Shown here: piece by piece, positions 20,120 to 28,675 of the stretch
Layout: each line of letters begins with the position of its first letter
How positions within the stretch are numbered: the first letter of the stretch is position 1
DNA from: a virus
DNA: 64,000 nucleotides
IMG/VR virus record: IMGVR_UViG_3300045988_168112
Direction: 5' to 3' (one strand)
Program-made: the position numbers and the translations under genes
The notes under the pieces: generated by a model
What the model saw: only the letters and a program-made list of their open reading frames with translations
What the model was told of the DNA's origin: nothing
Database searches by the model: none

Positions 20120-20815
20120 TTAAATTATCTCTGATTCTACACCTGGCAATCCATGATTTTGATAATTATCTCCATCAATCGCTGCTATTCCTGCATCTTC
20201 AAATAACAATTTATTTAAAAATTCAGTATTAACCAAAGATGAAATAATTTGTTCAACAGAAACTTCCAATCTTACAGACCTTACAAATATAGGTAGAGGA
20301 ATCAAGTTTGTATCTGCCATAAGCTCTGTCATTGTTATATCGATAGTCGAATAATTAGCAGCTAACCAGTTATACGCTCCAGTCATTAATGCATAAAGTA
20401 CTTCTGATAATAAAATACTTTCTAACATATTATCTGACAGACACATAATTTCAAAACCACATTCTCTACTATCTCGAACTTGCCATGCTCCATCAGGAGT
20501 ATAAATTTCACCATTCAATTTACCTATTGAATTAGCAGGTCCTTTTGTTTTACCTGGTTCTCTTATGACGTAACAAGGTAATCCCGTCTTATCTTTAGGA
20601 AATTCAAGTCTTACTTCTATTTTCCTCGGATTAGCAGATGAACGAGTGAATAACGATTTTGCTTGTCGATAGAAATCAAAATTTCCATCCTTCATTCCAT
20701 ATAACAATCTATATAGAAAGGTATTTTCTTCGTCATTTTTATGATTTTCTAAATCTTTGGGTATATATTCCAATAGATTTAGAATAAGCTGTTTTACACG
20801 GATTATTTCTATCAT
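20120..20815 (-). CDS. Tail completion / sheath-terminator-like virion protein (tentative)
   Basis: ORF track. Last gene before the sheath promoter. Position-based call. Confidence 0.35.
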   Translation of the reverse strand: MIEIIRVKQLILNLLEYIPKDLENHKNDEENTFLYRLLYGMKDGNFDFYRQAKSLFTRSSANPRKIEVRLEFPKDKTGLPCYVIREPGKTKGPANSIGKLNGEIYTPDGAWQVRDSRECGFEIMCLSDNMLESILLSEVLYALMTGAYNWLAANYSTIDITMTELMADTNLIPLPIFVRSVRLEVSVEQIISSLVNTEFLNKLLFEDAGIAAIDGDNYQNHGLPGVESEII

Positions 20816-20816
20816 A

Positions 20817-21596
20817 TCATTTGTTATTTAATATCCTTTCTAATGTTTCATCAATAGCCATATCAGCAACTCTGTCTATCTGAGCAATTTCAAGTGCCCT
20901 ATCCATCAATCTCTTAGCAATAATACCACCATTGAACCAGCTATTAGGGTCTGACTTGTCACTAACTCTTCTAAATGTCATGTATTGACCTCTATTCTCA
21001 TTTTCTGAACTTGAAGCTTCAACTCGTACAAGCCCTTCATATTTAGCTGCTTTATGAATGTATTCTGGAACTTTTAATCCAGGAATGTTAATTTCTTTTC
21101 TTACACCAGGTATTTGTTGACTTTCAGGTAGTTGAGACCTTTTTAATGGCATTGGTGAATTTTTAGCAAGTTGATATACATCCTGAGGCATAATTGAACT
21201 GAATATTCCTGCTTCAGCAATCGCTTGCGGTGTCGCATGGCGGAACGGTACGGTCAAAAATGGTTTACCATCTTTTGTTCGCTTTGCTTTTAAAGAACCT
21301 AATAAAAATGGTTTTTCATTCCAAGGTCCATGTCCTTCCTCTATAGATAAAGGTAACGAAGATTCTCTATTAGATAATCCAAAAATAATTTCAGTAGGAT
21401 TGACTCGTTCAATAAAAATACCTCTTAAATATTCATTTCGAGAACTTTTTAATTCTTTATCTATTAGATTTTTCCATCTATAGGAATATTCTTGTGCTAC
21501 TCTATCTATAATAGTAGTACCTATCATCAATGTTTGATTTTCATCAAGTGAAAACTCTTCAATAAGAGAAGAAATATCTATATTAATTGGAACCAT
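20817..21596 (-). CDS. Neck / head-tail joining protein (tentative)
   Basis: ORF track. Lies in the neck gene block between the capsid and sheath genes. No motif recognised. Confidence 0.35.
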   Translation of the reverse strand: MVPINIDISSLIEEFSLDENQTLMIGTTIIDRVAQEYSYRWKNLIDKELKSSRNEYLRGIFIERVNPTEIIFGLSNRESSLPLSIEEGHGPWNEKPFLLGSLKAKRTKDGKPFLTVPFRHATPQAIAEAGIFSSIMPQDVYQLAKNSPMPLKRSQLPESQQIPGVRKEINIPGLKVPEYIHKAAKYEGLVRVEASSSENENRGQYMTFRRVSDKSDPNSWFNGGIIAKRLMDRALEIAQIDRVADMAIDETLERILNNK

Positions 21597-22374
21597 ATAT
21601 TTCTTTCTTTAAAAATTCAACCAATTCTTCGACATCATCTGGAACTTTTGCTCCTTTAGAATCGTTTTCACTTGCCCATAGAGGCTGTAAGTTTCTGTAA
21701 TTGAAACAAATACGCTGATTCTCCTCTTTTGTTAAATCGAAATAGGAGCAAGGAATAATATGGTCGATATGCCATTCTCCATAATTATCCCATGACATTC
21801 CTGGCTCGAATTGTAGTTCAAGATGTTGCTTCAATTCTTCAATCGTACAACCGAGAAGTTCGAGAGTATGACCTGATTTCCAACCTTTCGTTATCGCTTG
21901 ATGAATTCTTGACCTTAAATTATGTTTTAAAGCAAAAATTTTATCTATTTTCCTTTTTTCTTGAATATATTTATTACACTTTACTCGTCTTTTTTGTTGT
22001 ATCTTTTTTAATACAATTTTACCATTGATAGATTGATAATATTTTTTATTATACTCTAAAATCTTTACATGTCTCCTTTTTCTAATCAAATATCTTACTT
22101 CTTTCCCTCTTTCAGACTGTTCGTAATTTTTATTTCTCTCTCTTATCTCATTTTTATTTTTTAAATACTTATTCTTATTATATTCCTTTATTTCTTCTTT
22201 ATGAGATTCTCTATATCTTTTAGATGCTTCTTTACTATTATATAAAGGTTTACAATCTTTACATTGATATTCATAACCATCAAAAGTTTTTTTATTTTTG
22301 TAAAAAGAATCTAAAGGAAGTTCCTTTCGACATTTCGAACAAATCTTGGTTCCTTTTTCGAAGTTAGCTCTCAT
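21583..22374 (-). mobile_element. Free-standing HNH homing endonuclease gene inserted in the neck module
   Basis: N-terminal zinc ribbon CSKCRKELPLDSFY...DGYEYQCKDCK, a Lys/Arg-rich linker and a C-terminal HNH core (WHIDHIIPCSYF...NYRNLQPLWASENDSKG). Overlaps the downstream structural gene by 14 nt. Confidence 0.8.
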
Positions 22375-22377
22375 AAT

Positions 22378-23148
22378 CTATATATTATCGTTAATTATTA
22401 CACCTGAACCATCGAAATTCGGTTTTTCTATTGCTATCAAATGACTTCTTCTTACTATTGCTTGAACCGGAAGTTGAATCTTCTGCAAAGAACCTTTTAT
22501 CTTATTTGTTTCCCAAGATGCCCTTACTTCATGCGGTAGGTCAAGTACGTGTCCCTCGATTCTATGCTTATAATAAATACTCACTACTCCATTTGTAGGA
22601 GGTTCAAAATCCAATATTAAACAATAAGGATTTTCAGGATTTACATGAGCTTGATTCGTTTTACTTAATTTTTCAGTAGAGGAAATGAAAGTATGAAGAG
22701 ATATCAAGTCAATCACTCGATACGTCGTAAAAACAAAAAACTCCCCGTTCATTTCTCTTATTTCCAAATTCTCACTAAAGTAAGAATATTCTGTCTCAAA
22801 AGTTATACGATTGAAATAACCTAAATTAGGTTTATCTTTATCAATCACTGTCACTGCGAATGTTCCTAATAAAGCCTCAGTCCAATTCTTATATTGATTG
22901 TTCTGATTAATTCCAGTTATAAGAGCTTTTGTTTTTGTAGGATTAACATAGAAATAACCAGTACCGAAACAATTCTGACAATCAGGTAAAGCTGCATCTC
23001 TTCCATGACAAGGACATCTCAATGCTGTTTCAAGTGTTACATCGTAACCTTTAGCAAAGATAGCTTTCTCAAACTCATCCTTATAAAATTCTGGTCTAAA
23101 ATTACTTAAACCTGGATTAGGTGTCTGTAAGATATTCTTCTGTTCCAT
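22378..23148 (-). CDS. Head-tail joining protein with zinc knuckle (tentative)
   Basis: ORF track. Contains the string CPCHGRDAALPDCQNCFGTGY. Lies in the neck block. Confidence 0.35.
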   Translation of the reverse strand: MEQKNILQTPNPGLSNFRPEFYKDEFEKAIFAKGYDVTLETALRCPCHGRDAALPDCQNCFGTGYFYVNPTKTKALITGINQNNQYKNWTEALLGTFAVTVIDKDKPNLGYFNRITFETEYSYFSENLEIREMNGEFFVFTTYRVIDLISLHTFISSTEKLSKTNQAHVNPENPYCLILDFEPPTNGVVSIYYKHRIEGHVLDLPHEVRASWETNKIKGSLQKIQLPVQAIVRRSHLIAIEKPNFDGSGVIINDNI

Positions 23149-23150
23149 AG

Positions 23151-23954
23151 TTAAAATACTCTGAATTTAACTTCATCGTAAACAAGTTTCAATCTGCCTA
23201 CTGCACTATCAATATCCTTTTTGTATTGAATAAGTCTTGCTGAATATGCTGCTGATGTTGCACTTGCTGTTGTACCTATACTTTGACTCAAACCATCTAT
23301 ACTTAACGATTGACTTGATACACCAGCAACACCGAGGACCAAATCTCCTGCGATGTTTAACGGACCAAAAGTAGCCAACATTCCAACTATATTCAATAAA
23401 TCCATTGGCATATCATCTATATCCCATCCTGTGATGTACTGGATTCTCCAATAATCAGGAATATTCTCATATCTTTGAGTTCCAATCTGAGATGTGATTC
23501 CAGTCAAAATAATTTCGGCATTTCCTTGAGTTGTTGATGAACCAGTAGGTACTACACTAATTCTCCTTTTCCCTTGATTCATTGCCGTATCGTATTCACA
23601 GAACAACCATCCTTGTGGATATATAATTTGTTCCATTTTATTCAGCATACCAATCATAGATAAAGGAATTCGTACAGGATAATTTGTCTGAAGTATAGGG
23701 AATTGTTGCCAATAATCTGAACGATAATATGAAAGAGTTTGGTCAACTAACTGTTTCATAAAACGCAGATTAAACCAATTTTCTACATCTCTCTGTGCAG
23801 ATTCTATGTAGAATCTCATGTTTTCATCTGAAAAAGACGTCCCTTCTCCTCCTTCGATTTTTATACCGAAAAGATATAAAGACCAAATTTCAGCAACAGA
23901 AAAAGCTAAACCAGTATTCTTTCTGTATTTTATTTTCAAAGTTAGTTGACCCAT
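23151..23954 (-). CDS. Head-tail adaptor / head completion protein (tentative)
   Basis: ORF track. Second gene downstream of the major capsid gene. Position-based call. Confidence 0.35.
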   Translation of the reverse strand: MGQLTLKIKYRKNTGLAFSVAEIWSLYLFGIKIEGGEGTSFSDENMRFYIESAQRDVENWFNLRFMKQLVDQTLSYYRSDYWQQFPILQTNYPVRIPLSMIGMLNKMEQIIYPQGWLFCEYDTAMNQGKRRISVVPTGSSTTQGNAEIILTGITSQIGTQRYENIPDYWRIQYITGWDIDDMPMDLLNIVGMLATFGPLNIAGDLVLGVAGVSSQSLSIDGLSQSIGTTASATSAAYSARLIQYKKDIDSAVGRLKLVYDEVKFRVF

Positions 23955-23966
23955 TGTAATACGTTA

Positions 23967-24506
23967 TTATGCTTTACTCAAAATCATTTCAATAATTTCA
24001 TCTTTTTTCTTGCCTTTCAAGTCGTCTTCAGAATAATTACCACCTTCTTCTGACATTGCAAGAGTTTTCAAGTCGTCGACTTTTGTTGCTTTCAAATCTG
24101 CTAACAAATTATCGTCTTCAATTTCTTCTTTGGTTGTTTCTTGAATTTCAGTCTTTACTGATTCAGTTTTTCCAGCTTTCAACTCTTCAACCAATTTCTT
24201 CCAAGATTCGATTTCACCATCTTTTTTAGAAAGTTCAATTTCCTGAGATTCAACGATACTCTTCAATCTACGAATCTCGTTTTCGTATTCCTCATTATCT
24301 TTCTTGATTTCTGTACGCAACTTATCTTCCATTTTTGTTCTATATTCCGGTTCTTCACCTTCTTTATAAATGTTAGGAAACTGACCATCGACAATTTCCT
24401 GATACAATTCGTCAGATACAGTTGCTACACCATTACAAAATTTTACTATCCCATTCTTGAAACTTAGAGTGTGTTGGGAATAAACTCTACTTTTAATTGT
24501 TACCAT
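23967..24506 (-). CDS. Acidic coiled-coil protein (possible decoration or assembly factor)
   Basis: 179 aa, Glu/Lys-rich and heptad-like. First gene after the capsid terminator. Confidence 0.4.
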   Translation of the reverse strand: MVTIKSRVYSQHTLSFKNGIVKFCNGVATVSDELYQEIVDGQFPNIYKEGEEPEYRTKMEDKLRTEIKKDNEEYENEIRRLKSIVESQEIELSKKDGEIESWKKLVEELKAGKTESVKTEIQETTKEEIEDDNLLADLKATKVDDLKTLAMSEEGGNYSEDDLKGKKKDEIIEMILSKA

Positions 24507-24520
24507 AATTCATTAATTTA

Positions 24521-24560
24521 AAAATAAAAAGGAGAAGGAGTTCTTTTAATCTCCCTCCCC
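24521..24560 (-). terminator. Intrinsic terminator after the major capsid gene
   Basis: Minus-strand RNA would read GGGGAGGGAG-loop-CUCCUUCUCC (10 bp including 2 G-U pairs), followed by UUUUUAUUUUU. It starts 29 nt after the capsid stop codon. Confidence 0.7.
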
Positions 24561-24588
24561 TTTTTTGAAACAATTTATTGCAATTAGA

Positions 24589-26112
24589 TTACAAACCTTC
24601 GTCACCAATGTTAACGATACGTACAATCTTAGCAGGCTGATATAATACCGGAGTACCATAGTTCAAGATACAGAATCGACGACTCGGAGCAGTAACTGCA
24701 AAGTCCATCTTAACAGTATCAGAGAACTGTAAGTATTCGTTAATCTGACTATCATTGTAATATACCAAGGCAGACTTGGTACCTGCAATGATACGGTTGC
24801 GGTCACGTACACAATTTGCAGCAGCACCATCATAACCAGTTGCCATCTGAGAAACAGGTACTTCAAAAATCGGGAAGTATTCTGTCGTATCATTCAAAAC
24901 AGCATCTTTCTTTGTACGATAAATAACAAATGAAGAAGCTGCATAAGCACCACCTACACCAGCAGTAACACCGAACTCAACTGACTGAGTTGCAGTAACA
25001 GCTTGAGCACCAGCAGATGTAATATTCAAAGGTGCAGATTCACCATAACGATTCTTTGCAGTTACCAAGTAACCATAAGCACCTGCATGACGACCAAAGT
25101 TAGTCTTAGTATCAGCATTATTAACCTTAATTGCTGTTCCAGCAGTCGGAGCAACCGGAGCAACCGGAGCTTTCGGACTTGTAGCGCCTTTACCTACTCT
25201 AATAGGCTTACGAACATCAAAGAAACGGTCATTCTTAATGTTAATTTTACCAAACTGGGTTGTAACATCATTTACAGACTGACCCATAGTAGCACCAGTT
25301 ACAGAAGCTGCAAGACCTACGATAACTCGCTTGCTTTCGTGGAACTGTTGTACGTAATTGTTGAATACAATCGGGTTAGAGATGATTCGGTCAATATAAC
25401 CATTATAAACATTCACCACAACATTAGATGCATCCTGAATCATCTTATCATTCAAAACCTGATTCTGAGCATCAATAACAGCCGGAGAATTGAAATAACC
25501 ATCAAGCAGTTGTTCAGAAGTCTTACCTTCTGCTGTACCACCGTCCATTTCATTTACACCCAACATGTGCTGACGGAATACACCATCAAACTCGATATCA
25601 ACACAAGAAGAGTCTGCACTTGTCAATGCTGTGTCAATCAATGTCTGTAGCAAAATGGTCTTATTCTCAACTTCCTGACGATACATGTTATCAATACCGT
25701 TGTATTCAGCAATCATTGCAGGATGAGTTACTTGACCAGTAACACCCATGTATTTAGTCAAGATTGACTTACGTCTGTATTGAGAATCGGTTTCTTCAGG
25801 GGTTTCACCTTCAGTATTGAAGATACTGATATCTTCACCATACTTATACAACTGATTGTACTGATGAACATTCTGTTTAATCTTCTGTTTCGGCATTTCC
25901 ATATAGTACACCAACTGATTCAATCTATTGGTCAAAATCTTCAAGACTGAATCCAAGGATTCAACTTTCAGACCACCACCATTATTAATCATGTTGTTGT
26001 ATTGCATACCGGTCATAGAACCGGCTTCCATAGCTTTCAAGATATCGTTTGATGACAGTCCATCGAACAAATCGATATCTGTTCCGTTATTAGTGTATTG
26101 ATACAAATCCAT
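24589..26112 (-). CDS. Major capsid protein
   Basis: 507-aa ORF directly after the protease and scaffold genes and followed by a strong terminator. The order is typical of HK97-type head modules. Confidence 0.6.
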   Translation of the reverse strand: MDLYQYTNNGTDIDLFDGLSSNDILKAMEAGSMTGMQYNNMINNGGGLKVESLDSVLKILTNRLNQLVYYMEMPKQKIKQNVHQYNQLYKYGEDISIFNTEGETPEETDSQYRRKSILTKYMGVTGQVTHPAMIAEYNGIDNMYRQEVENKTILLQTLIDTALTSADSSCVDIEFDGVFRQHMLGVNEMDGGTAEGKTSEQLLDGYFNSPAVIDAQNQVLNDKMIQDASNVVVNVYNGYIDRIISNPIVFNNYVQQFHESKRVIVGLAASVTGATMGQSVNDVTTQFGKINIKNDRFFDVRKPIRVGKGATSPKAPVAPVAPTAGTAIKVNNADTKTNFGRHAGAYGYLVTAKNRYGESAPLNITSAGAQAVTATQSVEFGVTAGVGGAYAASSFVIYRTKKDAVLNDTTEYFPIFEVPVSQMATGYDGAAANCVRDRNRIIAGTKSALVYYNDSQINEYLQFSDTVKMDFAVTAPSRRFCILNYGTPVLYQPAKIVRIVNIGDEGL

Positions 26113-26144
26113 AACTTATTTTTATTTATAATTTAAATCCGAAT

Positions 26145-26813
26145 TTACTTTACAAATTTAATACCATTTTTAGTGTACATGTAACGAGCCAATTCTTCAC
26201 CTACTGTTTCAGCATAAGGATTGGTCATATAATTCAATGCATCAGCTTCCAGAGATTTTCTAATTGAATCGTCACTTTCGTTAGTGAGAGCTTTTTCAAT
26301 CATCTTAGCTACCATCGGACGTTGATTGATGATATTAAGTTCAATCTTTCCATTGTCATCCTTTTCAAAGTTCATAGACTTCTGAATAGCTGACATGTTG
26401 TCCAAACCTTCTGAACGAAACTTCGGTGCTTCTTGACCAAACTTATCCATCTTAGCACTCAGGTTATCCAGACTTTCAGCCATACGCTCAATGATAGGAT
26501 TGAAGATTGAACCTACAGACTTCATAATCATTGATTCCATAGATTTCATCATTTCACCTTCTGCATTCTTATCTTCGGCAGTATTCTTTTCATCCTCTTT
26601 CACCTTCTCTTCTTTCTTGACAGCTTCTTTTTCAAGCTTATCAATATCTTCCTCTTCTTTTGTTTCAGACTCATGGTCACCACGAGCTGCTTTATCTTCA
26701 GATTTTTCAATCTTAATATCGCCATTAGCTATTGCTTTTTCGATATATTCCTCGCTAAAGTTTGCATCCAGCAATGACTTCACGATTTTGTTGTCTAAAT
26801 ATTCCTTTTTCAT
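26145..26813 (-). CDS. Scaffolding protein
   Basis: 222 aa, highly charged and helical (KEEEDIDKLEKEAVKKEEKVKEDEK). Lies between the protease and capsid genes. Confidence 0.55.
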   Translation of the reverse strand: MKKEYLDNKIVKSLLDANFSEEYIEKAIANGDIKIEKSEDKAARGDHESETKEEEDIDKLEKEAVKKEEKVKEDEKNTAEDKNAEGEMMKSMESMIMKSVGSIFNPIIERMAESLDNLSAKMDKFGQEAPKFRSEGLDNMSAIQKSMNFEKDDNGKIELNIINQRPMVAKMIEKALTNESDDSIRKSLEADALNYMTNPYAETVGEELARYMYTKNGIKFVK

Positions 26814-26867
26814 TTTAATTAAAATTTATGTTTACGTAAAAATAGAACCAAATTTTTATTTTACAAA

Positions 26868-27647
26868 TTAAATTCGCTGACTTTTTAAGAAATCTTGAAG
26901 AACATTTATAGAAATATGACCCTCTTCATAACTTTTGAATAGATTTTTAAGAATCTCATCATTCTTCGCTTTAAGAGGCTCGATTCTAATTCGAAAATCT
27001 TTATCAATAGAAAGAATATGTCCATCCTTTTCCATTTCAAGTAAAATGTTAGTTGTTCGAAAATCTTTATCAGATTCAAATTCGTAATCTACATAATCCT
27101 TAGTTTGAACTCCCTTTACAATATCTGCAAAAGTATTTGCATTCACTGGAGTCATAGTCATTGCAAGATTCGTAATAAGAGCTTTTTTGATTTTCTTAGG
27201 ATTTGACTTATCTCTTTCAAGAGCTTTACCTTCTATACTAAAACCAGGTTTACGATTGGTACCTGATTCTTTCATCTCAAGTGCCTTATCATAAAATGCT
27301 CTTGCTTCAGGAGATTTTTTCCAAAGTTGACATTTTACATAAAACTTATTATTTTCAACTTTTGCACTAATAGGTGCTCCAATCCAAAAACGAGATTTAT
27401 TAATAGGTGAGCGAGAGGTTAAATGGTCTAAATTTATTAAACCATGTTTCAAAAATCGGTCAATTATAAAACCATTAGGTTCCATAGATTCACCTTCTGC
27501 ATCTTCAGATGTATCGGAAGCCAACCCTTCAAATATCATTCTTTCGTATCTCCTATCATCACCAATTGGATAATCGAGAGGATTAAAAGAAGATTTCTCA
27601 AAGTCAGCTTCTGTAAAAAAGTTAAATCTTGAACCTATTTCAAACAT
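26868..27647 (-). CDS. Prohead maturation protease (HK97/S78-like)
   Basis: The string FEGLASDTSEDAEGESMEPNGF...LINLDHL...WIGAPISAKVENNKFYVKCQL...KPGFSIEGKA follows the S78 pattern G-x-AS..D..GE / DH / iG / GfSieG. Lies upstream of the scaffold gene. Confidence 0.6.
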   Translation of the reverse strand: MFEIGSRFNFFTEADFEKSSFNPLDYPIGDDRRYERMIFEGLASDTSEDAEGESMEPNGFIIDRFLKHGLINLDHLTSRSPINKSRFWIGAPISAKVENNKFYVKCQLWKKSPEARAFYDKALEMKESGTNRKPGFSIEGKALERDKSNPKKIKKALITNLAMTMTPVNANTFADIVKGVQTKDYVDYEFESDKDFRTTNILLEMEKDGHILSIDKDFRIRIEPLKAKNDEILKNLFKSYEEGHISINVLQDFLKSQRI

Positions 27648-28468
27648 TTTCGTTTCTGTTCCATAATCACCGAATTTAGAAATTTATCAATCAAATCATC
27701 GATTTCTTTGTATCTTCTCACTCTTTTCCAATCATTTTCAGAAACTTTCTTCTTCGTTCCCATAATTGCACCGAAAATCGCTGCATTTGTATCAGTATCT
27801 TCGCCATAATTGATAACTGAACAAAGGTCTTCAAAAAGTGTAGAATTCTTATTTTCTTGCGCTAAATAATTATCAATCACGAGATTATATGTGTTTATCA
27901 CATCACCTCTATTATCATAATCATTCACCTCAAGATTTTCCATCGGCAAATCTCCTAACAAATTTTTGAGTATGCAACAAAATTTACTACCGAATTCAAA
28001 ACAATTCTTATTATTGTGTGTATAGCAACAAAACGCTTCAAATAGATTTTTCGTATATTCATCAGATTCATTCAAACAAGCTATTGCAATAGGAAGTGAA
28101 TAAAACAATGCACCGTTGCCCATTCTATCTGTTCTTGAACATCCTTTGCACTGTATTGATTCTACTGTTTGATTTCCAATATCAAACAATCTACTTCCTG
28201 CATTGAATTTCTTGTTTTTATACCATAAATCCAAGTTCTTTTCGAATTTATCAATCTTCTTGATATTTTCTCCAGGTGTACAAAAAGCATCTAATAAACA
28301 CAATAAAACAGATGTATCGTCAGACCACGTTCCCTCTATCTGTCCATGAATTCCTCCTGAAGCGAATCCACAACAGAGAAATGTTCCTTCACTTCTAAAT
28401 TCAAAAGGAACACCAAGTACATCTCCAAGGATATAGGCTCTGATACTATTTCTTATCTTCTCTTTCAT
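27635..28468 (-). CDS. ADP-ribosylglycohydrolase (ARH/DraG family)
   Basis: Family strings AYILGDVLGVPFEF, GTWSDDTS and YGEDTDTNAAIFGAIMG. The ORF track starts at 28516. I prefer ATG 28468 (MKEKIRNSIRAYILGD), which overlaps the end of the 53-aa ORF. Confidence 0.8.
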   Translation of the reverse strand: MKEKIRNSIRAYILGDVLGVPFEFRSEGTFLCCGFASGGIHGQIEGTWSDDTSVLLCLLDAFCTPGENIKKIDKFEKNLDLWYKNKKFNAGSRLFDIGNQTVESIQCKGCSRTDRMGNGALFYSLPIAIACLNESDEYTKNLFEAFCCYTHNNKNCFEFGSKFCCILKNLLGDLPMENLEVNDYDNRGDVINTYNLVIDNYLAQENKNSTLFEDLCSVINYGEDTDTNAAIFGAIMGTKKKVSENDWKRVRRYKEIDDLIDKFLNSVIMEQKRKCLK

Positions 28469-28607
28469 TGTTCTCGAATTTCTTTGCATTCTTAATTGCA
28501 TTGTCAACCATTTCATCAGTTGCTTTTTTCCTCTCTTCTTCAGTAGGAGTATGAATAATACTCATTGTACTGCAGTCATTCCATCTTGATACTTTCTTTG
28601 TTTCCAT
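28446..28607 (-). CDS. Small ORF (53 aa) between promoter and ARH gene
   Basis: Hand translated: METKKVSRWNDCSTMSIIHTPTEEERKKATDEMVDNAIKNAKKFENNEREDKK. The ATG lies 21 nt after the -7 box. Below the ORF-track size cut-off. Confidence 0.4.
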   Translation of the reverse strand: METKKVSRWNDCSTMSIIHTPTEEERKKATDEMVDNAIKNAKKFENNEREDKK

Positions 28608-28627
28608 TAGCTTTTTCTTTTTAGTAT

Positions 28628-28659
28628 CTAAAGATACACCTTTTATTAATGTGGTCCAA
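28628..28659 (-). promoter_or_regulatory. Bacteroidota-type promoter between the ART and ARH genes
   Basis: Coding strand reads TTGG-N19(ACCACATTAATAAAAGGTG)-TATCTTTAG. Confidence 0.65.
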
Positions 28660-28675
28660 CAATTCTAATAAAAAG

